Source: Octopus vulgaris (Eukaryota). Taken from it: 64,000 nt of DNA. Within the stretch, counting starts at the first letter, position 1. Each line of letters opens with the position of its first letter. The DNA lies in NCBI GenBank assembly GCA_951406725.2, contig OX597820.1, positions 103,106,001-103,170,000 on the forward strand. Direction: 5' to 3'. The translations under genes and the position numbers were made by a program. Below the pieces are notes generated by a model. That model was not told where the DNA came from. It made no database searches and saw nothing but the letters and a program-made list of their open reading frames with translations. Below, piece after piece: positions 29,423 through 43,815 of the stretch.

Positions 29423-29874
29423 CTATCCGGATGAAATCCACTCAATCACACGCCAGATTTTACCATAACGATAAATACGCGTGTGGTTCAATTGATTACA
29501 TCCGACGTTATAATTCAAATGCCCCAACTAACAGCGCGCCAAACTTTCACGGAAAACAAATACAGCATTTAGAAATAAATGCAGCATAATTATAATTAAT
29601 TAATAAGGGTGAGAGAATTAGATACTAATTTAATAGTATATCTATTCTACACCAAGTGGCCTAGTGCTCCGAGAAACCTGGATTATTATAATATTTTATA
29701 ATATATTATAATATTTTTACAAAATAAATATAAGAGAGTGGTCACTATATGGCTCACTCTAGCACCAGTTAATCCAAAAGGTTTCAACCACAAAAATACA
29801 TGCTTCCCATGAAAGTTAGTACGATTGTTAGCTCACACGGACAGGGCAAATAAAAAATAACAAAATACAGATTA

Positions 29875-29957
29875 TTTTGGGACAATTGTTTCGCTATTAA
29901 TGAATTAAATGTAATTTTACTTACAATTAAAATCCACTTGTAGCTCTTCAGCCAAAA
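29875..29957 (-). ncRNA. Type I hammerhead ribozyme (second copy)
   Basis: Identical to 29340-29422, offset by 535 bp. Confidence 0.85.
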
Positions 29958-31329
29958 CTATCCGGATGAAATCCACTCAATCACACGCCAGATTTTACCA
30001 TAACGATAAATACGCGTGTGGTTCAATTGATTACATCCGACGTTATAATTCAAATGCCCCAACTAACAGCGCGCCAAACTTTCACGGAAAACAAATACAG
30101 CATTTAGAAATAAATGCAGCATAATTATAATTAATTAATAAGGGTGAGAGAATTAGATACTAATTTAATAGTATATCTATTCTACACCAAGTGGCCTAGT
30201 GCTCCGAGAAACCTGGATTATTATAATATTTTATAATATATTATAATATTTTTACAAAATAAATATAAGAGAGTGGTCACTATATGGCTCACTCTAGCAC
30301 CAGTTAATCCAAAAGGTTTCAACCACAAAAATACATGCTTCCCATGAAAGTTAGTACGATTGTTAGCTCACACGGACAGGGCAAATAAAAAATAACAAAA
30401 TACAGATTATTTTGGGACAATTGTGGTTACTGATGATGTTGACTTGTTCTTCTTTTCGGATTATGACTGCTGTTGCTTAGTGAGTGTGATTGACTCAGTG
30501 CACAGCCTTTCCTCACTTTAAAAAAAATCTTCTTGCACAGGCATTGCACGATAACAATATTGGTTAAGCTTCGTGCAATGGCCATACTCGATAACGAAGG
30601 GGCAGCCACCATGTATGTATGTATCTATCTATGCATGCATGTATGTATTGTATAGTAAATACATATATTAGCCATGCAATTCAATTTTGTACTAGATTTA
30701 GATTAAGATGTAAATGGTGAGAAATGGTTATTTTTTAAGAAGCGGAGTGGTACAGGAGGGGAAGAAGAATTCATTCTTATTTAAAATAATAATGCATGTA
30801 CTTTAAATATAAGTAAATCTAGTCTGAAATCGAAGCTATATGTAATTTTAGAAAGAAAAATAAAACACAATGAATTAATTCATCGTTAGCAAAAGCGAAG
30901 TAATTAAGATTTAGTATTCGATACCGATACAATTTAAAATAGACCGAAAGATTTTTACAACGGCATCCTATCGATATTACTCTAGATATTTTTATACGAA
31001 AATAGAGACGCAAAAATAGCCTCATTGGGCTCCAAACATTCTATTGATATGAGTAAACAACAATGATTAGCTCAGAGGAACAGCAATTGTTGCGTTTCGA
31101 TTAAGCCCACTGCCCACGGCTCGAACTTACTGAAATATACAAACGAGCCAATGAAAGTATCACTGCAGAGTTGACCAAACTCCTAAAAGTGACAACAAAT
31201 CCTCCACCCACCTCCTATCATACCCAAGTCTAAAATAGTACTTAAAAAGTAATAACTTGTGATACTTGTCAGGATGCATTTTATGATAGTTTTGCTCCTT
31301 AACAACGGACCTTGAACTAAATAATAGTT

Positions 31330-31875
31330 TTTAAATTTTGGCACAAAACTAGCAATTTTTGTGGATGGAGATTAGTTGATTACATCGACCTAAGTATTCG
31401 ACTAGTATTATTTCATCAACTCCGAAATTATAAAAGGAAAAGTCGACCTCGATGGTATTTGAACTCAGTACATAAAGAGCAGGAAGAAATACTACAAAGC
31501 ATTTGCTCCAGTCACTAACGATTCTGCCAGTTCGCCTTAAATAAAGATTGCAAATTTTAGTACAAAGCTAGCAATTTTAGGGAAGTCGATTACGTCGATC
31601 CCATTGTTCAACAGGTACTTATTTTATAGACTCCGAAATGGATTGAAGAGTAAAGTCTACTTCGGTAGAATTTTAACTCAACCATGAGGTAAATAATCCT
31701 TTTCTTTATAAAGACATATCCTGAAATTTGGAGGGGAGAAGGTAGCAAGTTGGTTACATTGACTTCGGTGCTTGACAAGTACTTATTTCGTCGACCCCGA
31801 AAGGACGAATGGCAACATCGATCTGTCAGAATTTGAACTCAATACGTACAGACCGACGAAATGCTGCTAAGCATT
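31330..31875 (-). mobile_element. Cluster of three diverged SINE copies
   Basis: Repeated GTCGATTACATCGA / GAAAGG...GTCGACCTC / TTTGAACTCA motifs of the main SINE family. Confidence 0.65.
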
Positions 31876-32258
31876 TAGTGGATGTTTGGCTTTTGTTTCT
31901 GGCAAGTCGAGCAACCACATAGCTCCCTATTAAACTCTACTGTGGTTCTCAAATGGTTATATCGAATAATGTAGTACATCTTACAACATGTTTGGGAGGA
32001 AAGAAAACAAAAAGGTGGAATCGTTAGAGCTGGAATGACGTTGAAAGTAGATCTTCTCGATCGGGGCCGACTAGATCCAAAACAACAGCAACAACAACAT
32101 CTGACATATACTAAAACAAACGGAATAGAAGTGTTGGGGAGTACAATGTGCCCGGTTTCTGACATTAAATTCTACAATAAATTCGTGCATGCTGAAATAT
32201 TCAAGAAAAATTTGGCAAGGCGGAACAAAACTGCTTTCGGGATTGTAAAATGTTGAAA

Positions 32259-32431
<173 letters not shown>

Positions 32432-34650
32432 AGAAAAGGGCTCATCAGATAGTCACATACTCTTCCTTTGCTTTTCGAGATCCCAGGCTTGATCTACTGA
32501 CTACACCATTCTCTCAGAAGCCCTGTGCACAGCATGAATTTTATTAGCAGAGTCACAGTATATCTGGAACAAAACACATGTATTGAGTTTAAGTACCTAA
32601 TCTTTAACGAACCATGGGTGGAGCTCAACGTAGTTACTCAGCTTGTCAGAAATAACAGTCAAAACTTCCTCAATTTACACCCTCCTAATTTTTTAGATAA
32701 TGCATTCTTGACCGTGTTGTCTGGAAAAAATATAAGACGGTCACGACTGGAATGCCTTTCGTCTTAAGTCTGTTCGATTAGGGCTGATAAGGGATTAAAC
32801 ACCAATAACAAATATTAGGTTTTCTCAATTGGAGTTATTTCAAATCCTCTATATCTTTTCTGTCTGACAATACCCACTAACATTATTTAGTCAATAAGTT
32901 ATTGTACACTCGTAATTGCCTGTATGTACACGTTTATCGAAATATCATTATACTTCATCAATAAAATGATGAATGAAATCCCAGTCGAAGTAATCGGCTA
33001 TATACATTCCCTTGTCTTATGATCAATGAAACGAAATCAATATTAATTGTGTGTTTATTTTTTATATTTTTTATGGAAGGTGAACGTGATGGGATATGTA
33101 CCAGAAGCATGCAGGAAAAGAGCGTAACAAATATATTGTTTCGATCCAATCTTTTACTGTTGCAATCTATAGCTTGGCTGACAATAATGAACTAATTTAA
33201 CAATAGAATTTACTAATATGATAGCTTCTTCATAGTCCAAGCTTTTGAGATTGATTTGGGACTAGTTGAAGCATCGGATAATTGCGTTTATCTGCAGATT
33301 TACGTATCTATTTACTAACTGATACACAACACGAATACCGGATATGTAAATGCGTTTTTGTTACGCTTAAATTATTCAATTTATAGCGAGTTTTTATGTA
33401 ATTTTGTGTAATTATATTTACTTATTAGCTTAATCACATACATCATTGAAGCTGAATTATTTTCAGCATTCCATGATATGAGTTTTTGAGACTTAGGTTA
33501 TCCTAATTCTGTGACTTTAAAAGAATACTCTGTTCACTTACTCTTGATTCAACCACCATGCTTTCACTGTCGTTAACTTACGTTTTGTACCATAGCCAAA
33601 ACCTTGTGTTTGCTTTTCTATCTACTTATGTCTAGAATAATTTTACAAGCCTTGCAATCACCAAATGTTTACAATTGTTTCAACTTGCAAAATATATTTT
33701 TTAATGAAGACGATATGCTGTTTTGAATGAGTGACAAAGCAATATCTCAGTTGAGCTTGTGCCTGAGAAAATATATACATACATACATACATACATGTGT
33801 GTGCGCACACACACATACACATATGCATATTTGTATATATTTCTTAACCTGCTTATTTAACCGTTTCCACCTGCCCTCTAATCACCCTGTTTCTTCTTCT
33901 CCTAGTTATTTTCCCTTTTTCAGTCTCATCTTTTATTTTTCTTCTGTTCTCTTCCGTTAAAGGACAAGCGTCCGAAATGTCAAGACACTTTCCTTTAACC
34001 GTGAAGCTGATGCAATATTTACCACTATTTCTCCCTCTTGTTCTGTCTTGTTTTATGTTGTTTTGTGTCCATTGCTTTCGTAATTCATACATACATACAT
34101 ACATACATACATACATACATACGTACGTATGTGGTGTGCGTGCGCGCGTGTGCACGTAGGGCCTCTTTTAGTTAAGATCAATCACGCATCTGCACATGTA
34201 CATACAGGTTTAAGTAAGATTTCCAGACGAAGACTAGCAGTTGCTTGTGAATAAAAGTCATCCCACGATGTCTACCCAAGGGAAAGGCGGCCAATCAGCA
34301 TCGATTCGGTTTGGCTCCAGTGTCATTGAAGGCATTACTGAGAGAACGTATGGTGTCTCAAGCGGTCATCTAAGAGTTCAACTAATCTACCATATGTTTA
34401 TCAGTTTGAAAAAATGAAAAGCAAAGTTGGCCTCAGTGGAATTTAAGTCATAGCAGAGAGAGTTGAATCAAATGCCGCAAGACTTTCCATCTCCAGCAAT
34501 TAGAGAAAAACAAATGAGTGCAGTGTCAAAGGTATTTGGAGGTTGAATCCTTGTTTATCGTATACGTAGTTCAAGATATATTAGTGCTCTCTCCTTTTTT
34601 TTTTCTCCTTTTTTTTCTCCGTTTTTTCTCTCCTTGTTTCTTTCTGTGTT

Positions 34651-34688
34651 TCTTTCTGTGGAAGAGCGTAGGCTCGAAACGTTAAAGA
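34651..34688 (+). ncRNA. Minimal type I hammerhead-like motif with a variant core
   Basis: TCTTT-CTGTGGA-A-GAGC GTAG GCTC-GAAA-CG-TT-AAAGA; stems I and II pair, but the core has U in place of A6. Confidence 0.5.
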
Positions 34689-34731
34689 TTTTTTTCCATT
34701 CTCGAGCGTCATACTAATACATGAATCCTCC

Positions 34732-34754
34732 CTATATATATATATAGAGAGAGA

Positions 34755-34851
<97 letters not shown>

Positions 34852-34862
34852 CTATATATATT
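34732..34862. repeat. (TA)n/(GA)n/(GAAA)n compound microsatellite
   Basis: Directly visible. Confidence 0.95.
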
Positions 34863-36019
34863 ATACTTAATTTATGCACAATGTCGGTGGGCAAGTACTG
34901 CAGTATTTGTCCAAAGATAACATCTCCTATGGACCTGCTGTGTAAAAAAAAAAAATAACAAGCTGCAGGCTGGATTTTTAATTAGCTGGGCAGCATCAGT
35001 AAATTTTTACAGAGTGTACTGGTTGCATTTCATTGTGGTAATGAGAATAGAGAGTGTCATCCTCCACAAGGCTAAAGGGGCTCTCTTGATACAAGAGTAT
35101 TTCTGTTCATTCAGGGTGTGTTAGCAAGAGAGGATTGTTAGAAGAGAAAGCCTTAACAGCGGTGTGTTGGTGAGAGGTTCGGGCATGTGATCAGGGCAGA
35201 GTGATTGAAGAGTGACAACGCTGCGGGGAGTAATAAAATACCAAGTTACATGTTTGCTGGAGTGAGAGAAATCGATTGGTAATAGAGATGAGCGATTGTT
35301 AGGGTGTGGTGGATGCGAAAATTTCGTGTGAACTGGTTATTTTATTTACTTTTTAATCAGAACTTGTCAATTTTCTGACAGCTTATATTCGCCGTAAATT
35401 TCTTTCACTGTAGGAAATTTTTCCGTCTTTATTTTCCCTTTGTCGTATTTTCACCGTATGCATTTTGCTGTTAGGGATTTTTGTCGTGATGAAAAGCAAC
35501 ATCGACCAAAATATTCACGTTCGAATCTGCCAAAACGTAATAAGAATGAATAGATATGTTATTGTTAGGATTCTCACTATTCTGCATGCACCACATAAAT
35601 TATTATCTGTTTAACAGACATCAGCATTCATAAGTAAATAATTTTTTGCCGATTTCTATAAAATAAGACTTAGTTCTCTTGTTGGTTGATCGGTCTATTT
35701 TTAACAAAGAAGACACACAATAATATTGATTACACCACAGTGTCTCAAAGTCCTCTTACACTGTTGAATAGCATGTATTATGAACACACTTCGTCTAAAA
35801 GGAGCAGGTGTTCTCTGATGAGGAAAAACAACAGAAATCAGATATTCACGCTTGAATCTGCTAAAATATATTGAGAATGAACAGATACAACAAAGTTATC
35901 TTGTTCAAATTTATTTTTCAGTTCGTAGTCGGCTTGTTAGAAACAATGTGTCTTGTTTTTCAAATTAAAAAAGAAACTTGTAATTATTATAACGTGGAAT
36001 TATAGACTTCTAAAACATT

Positions 36020-36398
36020 GTTACCTCCGCCAAGGAAGGAGGTTATGTTTCCATTGTTGTTAGTTTGTCTGTCTGTGTGCAAAATAACTCAAAAAGTTGT
36101 GAATGGTATTTGATGAAACTTGCAGGAAAAGTTGGTAATGATACAAGGAACGGATGATGAAATTTTGGTAGTGATCCGGGAATTTTTATGGATTCTTGAA
36201 GGATTTTTCATTTGTTATATTTACTTTAAATGAAGTATTACAATGTTACGTTCTTTGATTATCTCCCTTGAAAACACGTTTCTCGTTTCCACGTAACCTA
36301 TGGTAGCGTTGCTCGTTTCCAAAGTTTATTTTCGTTTCTCTATTAGTAATTTTACTCGCGTATCTATCTTAAAATGAGCTGCTTGGCGGAGGTCTGCG
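36020..36398 (+). mobile_element. Non-autonomous Helentron (HINE/DINE-1-like)
   Basis: Subterminal inverted repeat ACCTCCGCCAAG...CTTGGCGGAGGT and a GTCT microsatellite near the 5' end; second copy at 57472. Confidence 0.7.
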
Positions 36399-36399
36399 G

Positions 36400-36890
36400 A
36401 GGATGACATGACAAACCTTGACTATTGGGATCGACTCAAAACGCTCAGGCTTTGCTCCCTCCACCGCCGCTGTGAGCTCTATATCATCTGTATGATATGG
36501 AAAATATTCCATCAACATTGCCCATCTTTAAAATTTGTCTGAGGCTTGGCCCCCATGCCATCCATCCACTACAGAAATGTTCGTGTCGTATCACAACACT
36601 ATGACAGAACTATTTCACCTCAATTGGCTCTGCTCTCTTCAACATCGTGCCAGACACACATAAAGAAGGAAAGTGACTTCACGGCATTCAAACGATCCCT
36701 AGGTGATTACCCCCAACAAGTACCAGATAAACCACCCACACCCACATATGTCTCTCAAAACAATAACCCTCTGCTTGAATGGGCTACGGTTCCCCAGAGC
36801 TGACTGTGTATCTCTTCCAGGTGGTGCTATTAAATTAGACATGGCCTGAGTCAACTTCGGCTGAAACTTATCTAAGTAATCTAATCTATG
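36400..36890 (+). mobile_element. CR1/L2-like LINE 3' fragment
   Basis: YWDRLKTLRLCSLHRRCE...[23 protein letters not shown]; homologous to 19622-19925. Confidence 0.7.
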
Positions 36891-37929
36891 CTGTAACCTT
36901 TTAATCGAAGCATGACAACGTGGGTAGAGGCTGCATCTTTTCTCTCTCCCTCTTCTTCTTTCTTTCTTTTTTCGTTCTTTTAGTTTCTCTTTCCCTTCAA
37001 CTAATCGCGTGAAAGTGTTACAATTACGCTCCCTCTACCTCACGTCAGGAACAATTCTCTCGCCCTCTTTTTCTCTCTCTTTTCTTTCACCCTCTGTTTC
37101 TGTAATCACGTGAAAGCGTTACCGACGGGCTAAGTAACGTGATGACAAGTAGAATTATTATAAGATGTAACAGTAGACATTTATAAATTTCTTAATGCAA
37201 ATCCTGAGAACAATAGAAAGGAACTGGTAGAAAAATTTAGGCTAAGAATCTAGGAAGTTATTCGTTACAGCCCCATTAAATCTAGGGTTCCCAAACGGTT
37301 TGAAGTGGATAAAAAAACTTATAAGAAATTCAGTAGATTCAGATGGACTCAGATGAATATAATAGTATTTTTTTTAATCTGAAAGGGTCCAATAAGTTAA
37401 GAGTGGGATCAATAAATTCAAAATAACTCACCTGGATTTTAAAAATTTTATTTACTGTAAATATGTTTTTCAGTTTTTAACTCCAATCTTTGGGCTTCTC
37501 TGAGCTAAACCCCCTACCAAAATCAAAATTGGAGACATATGGGCCATAACGACATTGATCCATACATAAATCCAGTCTTGATAATACAAAATAAACTCAA
37601 AGGAAAGAGCATCAGCGATATGATGATGAACACTAGTAAAATCAAAAAATAAGCAATTTTATTTTTCGTAATTTAGTGAAAAACAACAGTTTACATAAGT
37701 AGGTGGTAAGTAAATGGGGAGAAAAACGGGGACAAAATGGAAACAATAAATTAAAATCAAAACAAAGATACACATTTTTTTCAATCATACGCTAATGTTC
37801 CCCTCCAAAAAAATTCATGACACCTCATAACACAGAGAATTGCCGCTTATGAATGTAAAGCTGAGGTGCTGGTACAGCAAGGCACTCTCTCGAATATTAC
37901 CTGATACCTCAGTGGGACAAAACGTTAAC

Positions 37930-38660
37930 GAAGGCGGAGAGCTAGCAGAAACGTTAGTACGTCGGGTGATATGTTTAGCGGTATTTCGTCTGCGTTACGT
38001 TGTGAGTTCAAATTCCGCCGAGGTCGACTTTGCCTTTCATCCTTTCGGGGTCGATAAATTAAATACCAGTTACGCACTGGGGTCGATGTAATCGACTTAA
38101 TACCTATGTCTGTCCTTGTTTGTCCCCTCTGTGTTTAGCCCCTTGTGAGTAATAAAGAAATAGGTATTTCGTCTACCGTTACGTTCTGAGTTCAAATTCC
38201 GCCGAGGTCGACTTTGCCTTTCATCCTTTCGGGGTCGATAAATTAAATACCAGTTACGCACTGGGGTCGATGTAATCGACTTAATACCTATGTCTGTCCT
38301 TGTTTGTCCCCTCTGTGTTTAGCCCCTTGTGAGTAATAAAGAAATAGGTATTTCGTCTACCGTTACGTTCTGAGTTCAAATTCCGCCGGGGTCGATAAAT
38401 TAAGTACCAGTTACGCACTGGGGTCTGTGTTTAGCCCCTCTCTGTGTTTAGCCCCTGTGAGTTGTAAAGAAATAGGTATTTCGTCTGCCGCTACGTTCTG
38501 AGTTCAAATTCCGCCGAGGTCAACTTTGACTTTCATCCTTTCGGGGTCGATTAAATAAGTACCAGTTACGCACTGGGGTCGATGTAATCGACTTAATCCG
38601 TTTGTCTGCCCTTGTTTGTCCCCTCTGTGTTTAGCTCCTTGTGGGCAGTAAAAAAAAATA
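37930..38660 (+). mobile_element. Head-to-tail SINE tetramer (~184-bp internal units)
   Basis: One full SINE head, then restarts at GTATTTCGTC at 38164, 38348 and 38476. Confidence 0.9.
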
Positions 38661-39085
38661 AAAAACGTTAACGAAGTTAAAAACTTCTGTGTTAGTGATC
38701 CTGAACTCGACAAAATCACAAAAGCCGCAGGTTGAAAAATGTAATTTACCGACAGATTACGGTATTTCATTGCCTGTTCTGATAAGGATGATGTAACACC
38801 TGTCTCAATCACATTAAGGACATATGAAGGAGCAAATGAATTACTAATGGCAGTGTCTTACGCGAGACACCAGCCTCTAACTCAAGGACATAGACTTGAG
38901 CCACAAAGACCTCTTTCTCGTACCACTGGACTATCCCACTAACTCCTTATGTGTCTTCTACCTTGATCAAGCTTGTTAATAATCCCTGCTCTTAGATATA
39001 GCCCTCACTTAACATTAAATCGATGTTCATATTCATTGTCTAGTTGCAGAGTACCTAATAACTAAAAATATCTCTGGTATGGATT

Positions 39086-39670
39086 AAGGTGGCGAGCTGG
39101 CAGAAACGTTAGCACGCCGGCGAAATGCGTAGCCGTATTTCGTCTGCCGCTACGTCCTGAGTTCAAATTCCGCCGAGGTCGACTTTGCCTTTCTTTCTTT
39201 CAGGGTCGATTAAATAAGAACCAGTTACGCACTGGGGTCGATATAATCGACTTAAGCCGTTTGTCTGCTCTTGTTTGTCCTCTCTGTGTTTAGCCCCTTG
39301 TGGGTAGTAAAGAAATAGGTATTTCGTTTGTCTACGTTCTGAGTTCAAATTCCGCCGAGGTCGACTTTGCTTTTCATCCTTTCGGGGTCGATAAATTAAG
39401 TACCAGTTGCGTACTGAGGTCGATCTAATCGACTGGTCCCCTTCCCAAAAATTTCGGGCCTTGTGCTTAGAGTAGATAAGGAATCGTTAGCACGCTGGGA
39501 AAAATGCTCGGCAGCATTTCGTCCGTCTTTAAGTTCTGAGTTCAAATTCCACCGAGGTCGACTTCGCCTTTCGAGGTCGACAAAATGAGTACCAGTTAAA
39601 TACTGGAGTGATGTAATCGACAATTTCTCTCCCCGAACTTGCTGGCCTTGTGCCAAAATTTGAAGCCAAT
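39086..39670 (+). mobile_element. Head-to-tail SINE multimer (3 units)
   Basis: AAGGTGGCGAGCTGGCAGAAACG head, with restarts at ~39319 and ~39481. Confidence 0.85.
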
Positions 39671-40208
39671 ACGTCTGGTGTAGGTTATGGGATGCGAACA
39701 AACTATCCTCATGGAATTGATAAACGGCTCGCTTATTAAATTGGGAGAACATTGTGGAATACGTTAGGCACTTAAAAAAAGGTCGGAAGCGTACAACCAC
39801 TGTTGTATAATATCCAACCTGGAGACACGTGAACGAATACGTCAATGCATAATAAAGGCAATTTCATTTCATATACACTGCTCTTGTACAATAAAGGTAT
39901 TAATATATAACAGTATCATATTAACATTTTTTTATATATAAATTTATGGTCTTGTCCCCAACCAAAGATTTTAATTTTCAAACCATTATCATTAAACTCA
40001 TGGTGAATTAGCAAACACCCTCTCTTGAAAATTGCTTGACTTGTGTTTATATCAGTAAGGCACAGGCATGGGTATGTGCTTCCCAACCACATGGTTCTGA
40101 GTTCAGTCCCACTGCGTGGCACCTTGAGCAAGTGCCTTCTACTATAACCTCAAACTGACCAAAGCTTTGTAAGTGGATTTGATACACAGAAACTGAAAGA
40201 AGCCCGCC

Positions 40209-40247
<39 letters not shown>

Positions 40248-41411
40248 CACTGCTTAACAACTAGTGTTGATGTGTTTACGTCCTGGAAACTTAACGGTTC
40301 GGCAAAACAGACCGATAGAATAAGAATTAGGTTTAAAAGAAAAAGAATAAAAGTACTTGTTTGTCCTCTCTGTATTTAGCCCTTTGTGGGTAGTAAAGAA
40401 ATAGGTATTTCTTCGGCTAAATGTTCAAGTCGGTGCCCCAGCATGACCACAGTTTAATGACTGAAATAAGTAAAAGATAAAAATTCACAAAATGTAATTA
40501 TTTGGGACTTATTTTGGACAATTCTCACTGAATTTGTCTTCAAATTCGGCTAAAAACATTCTCACCCCCACCCCCACGACCTAATGATCTACTAACTACA
40601 ATTACAAAAATGAATAGAAGTGACAATTTATTGGAGAGAAATGTTACTCATTATGGATTCAAAAGTTCAGTCAACCGCAATTCGACGGCGTTAATAAGGA
40701 AATATTGAAAATCAAAAAATCAATTTTTCTGTACTAACTGATCATGACTTTATCACGAAGTGATGAAGTCTCGGATGACAAGACAACAAATCCACTTTCT
40801 TATTCTAGAGCATCAAAATGCAAACTGACATCAACAATTTCTAAGTCTTTTTATCAAATAGTTTTATTTCTATATTATATCGCATTCAATAATTTCTTCT
40901 TTTTTTTTAATGTTTATAACAGTCATGGGTAACCTGCGGCTGGCTGGGGTTTCTGAATAGTACGCCTAACGAAAACTAACCTTTAATATTTTTATAAGAG
41001 TACGGCCCTCATGATAATGAGTCATGAGATTCATGAGGCACGCTTCTCGAAAAGAAGGTCTCCCGTGACTGTTTTGTAAAATAGTAAAACCAACGAATGC
41101 AGGGGAATAACTCTTACATTCTTTAATGTGCAATTTCGTTTTCAGAAAAGTTGAAATTGCTGCAAGAGAACAGCGAGAATTGAATTATAGAATAATCCAA
41201 TCTGTGAACTTCAATTTAATGTACTCTTCCACAAAAAAATGTACCTTTCTATAGAATTAGCCTTATGCTGATGTAAAAAATTTATATATTTTCACAGAAG
41301 CATTTTAACACACATACATACATACATGCATACATACATACATACATATTTTGTTTTGTACACCACCTGTCTTCGTCTTTTATTTTTTCGTAAATTCTTA
41401 TATAGATATAT

Positions 41412-41448
<37 letters not shown>

Positions 41449-41460
41449 TATGCTTGTGTG

Positions 41461-41531
<71 letters not shown>

Positions 41532-41616
41532 GAGCATTTTATCGACCGGACGAATGGATTTTATGAAACTTCGCTGGCTATAACGTGGTTCTTCGCATTG
41601 CTAAAACTTTCGAGTG

Positions 41617-41812
41617 ATACCTATTTCTTTACTGCCCACAAGGGGCTAAACACAGAGGGGACAAACAAGGACGGACAAACTTAATTTATCGACCCCGAAA
41701 GGATGAAAGGCAAAGTTGACCTCGGCGGAATTTGAACTCAGAACGTAGCGGCAGACGAAATACCGCTAAGCATTTCGCCCGGTGTACCAACGATTCTGCC
41801 AGATCGCCGCCT
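41617..41812 (-). mobile_element. tRNA-derived SINE
   Basis: Same family as above. Confidence 0.85.
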
Positions 41813-42109
41813 TTCGAGTGATACCATCCTCCTAGAACACCAGTCCGTTGCAGTTTTACCCGTTTACAGCTGTGTGGACTGGAGAAACGTGAAATGAAGT
41901 GTTGTGCTGAAGGACACAACGCACAAATGTTGTAAGGACAGAAAACACAATCTTGCAATCCTGACTGCAACACACTAACCACTAGGAAAAATGCCTTCAC
42001 GCACACACACTCATACATACATTCATACATATCCCTTTATTATTTTACTTGTTTCAATCATTTGATTGCAGCTATGCTGGAGCACCACCTTAGAGGGTTT
42101 TAGTATTTT

Positions 42110-42670
42110 GGTTGTCTCCACGCGTATACTCGACCGGTGGTCGGAAATAAGGTAACGGATGACATTCTTCTACTGCTCTAGGGACCAATTCTGTAGGTTT
42201 TTACGCCACTCTAAACACTTTGCAATGTTTGTTTTTGAAAGTAGTGCTTTTCAGATTGCAGCCCTCTCGTGAAATCTGGCTATGAGCAGCTCCCGGCGAA
42301 CAGTTTTTTGTGGAAACTGGGTTCTCGGGGTGGTCATTAAGCTCTGCAGTAATTTTGGGAGCTGTACTTTTGTGATCCTTTCTAACAAGCTGCGTAAGAG
42401 CCCGACGGTCTCTATCTGAAAGTTTTGGTTTTCTTCCGCAGTTTTGTTTCGACGAGTAGGTTTATCTCTCTTTCTTAAAGGCTGTCATTACTTTCGAGAC
42501 AGTATGTCTTGATACACCAAAGATTTCGGCTGTTTCGTTGTACTAACAGCTGCCATACAAACACCATCAATTTGACCGCTTTGAAAGTTCGATAGATCTG
42601 TCATTTTAATGAATTTTAATTACCTTTTTCTGATGATATCTGAAAAGAAACAGCAATTTTAGAAAATCAT
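42110..42670 (-). mobile_element. Tc1-like transposase 5' fragment
   Basis: MTDLSNFQSGQI...TAEIFGVSRHTVSKVM...GRKPKLSDRDRRAL...VSTKTVRRELL (HTH region). Confidence 0.7.
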
Positions 42671-42699
42671 ATTAAGCAGCACTAATGATAAATGAAAAA

Positions 42700-43178
42700 A
42701 CATAAACATAAAACAACAGAAATGTGTTATGAACATGAACCAGGGGCAGCGATAGAAAATGAAAATACAAGATCTTGAGGGAATTCCCCATATAGACTAA
42801 CCATACTACTGAGGCAAGAAGACCAGACATGATTATGGAGGACAAAATAAACAAACTGTAAAATCATATATTTTGTAATTCCCTATGATAGCTAGCAGAG
42901 TCGATACCAAAAAAAAATTGTAAAGAAATTTAGAAATACCAAGAGAGAGCTGAGGAGACTGTGGAAGACCAAGACAACATTGGTGCACTTGGCACAACAC
43001 CCAACGTACTACCTAAAAGACTGAAAAAAGTTCGAATCGAAACTCACTTAGTTGATTTGCAGAAAAGTACCATCCTATATTCTACAAAAGCTAAAGAAAG
43101 ATTCTTAAGATTTAAGGGGACTTGTTATCACCAAACCTCGAGATAAAATGCCTGCTAACTCAATTAGCATGCACTAGC
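42700..43178 (+). mobile_element. R4/Dong-like RLE 3' fragment ending at (GTA)n
   Basis: EARRPDMI...IPYD and IGALGTTP...LVDLQKSTIL, followed by (GTA)n at 43182-43240. Confidence 0.65.
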
Positions 43179-43186
43179 GAAGTAGC

Positions 43187-43240
<54 letters not shown>

Positions 43241-43471
43241 CCTTATTATAAGCACAAAGCCTACTACTCGGTGGGGAGAGGAGTTAGTCGATTACATCGA
43301 TCTCTGTGTCCAACTGGTACCTATTTCATCGACCCTGAAAGAACGAAGGGCTAAGTCGACCTTTCAGTGTCTCTGTGAGACAACTGCTAACCATTTCTAG
43401 TATTAGTGTTTCATGTATAATTCATTTGAAATCACTTACCTCATAACGAATCAACGGGAGACCCTCTAGGT

Positions 43472-43815
43472 CAGTGGTTCTTGACCTGGATACATATGGC
43501 CCCTGAGGGTCCATATAAGATTTTGCGGGGTCCACGCAACAAAAAACTAAATTGGATATCTACAACAGTATTTTAAGGGCCCCTGAAAAAATTTAGCTTT
43601 AAACTAGTATGTATTGCCAAAAATAGCCATGTTTCTTTCTCTAACAGTTTACAAAGTTCGACCTACACAAGTTAATGTGAGAAAAACAAAATAGGAATTT
43701 TGAAAGAAGTTTCTATAAAGCTAGTTTCTAAACATTGAATAGTTATGGGGGTCCACCAGAATAAAATAGTAATCAAAGGAGTACATAGATAAAAAAAAAT
43801 GTTTGAGGACCCCTG
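43472..43815. mobile_element. hAT-type MITE
   Basis: Imperfect TIRs CAGTGGTTCTTGAC and GTTTGAGGACCCCTG; 8-bp TSD CTCTAGGT/CTCTAGGC. Confidence 0.8.

Noticed and set aside
35510-35890. Diverged ~45-bp direct repeat about 330 bp apart
   Set aside because: Only two degenerate copies, with no further structure.
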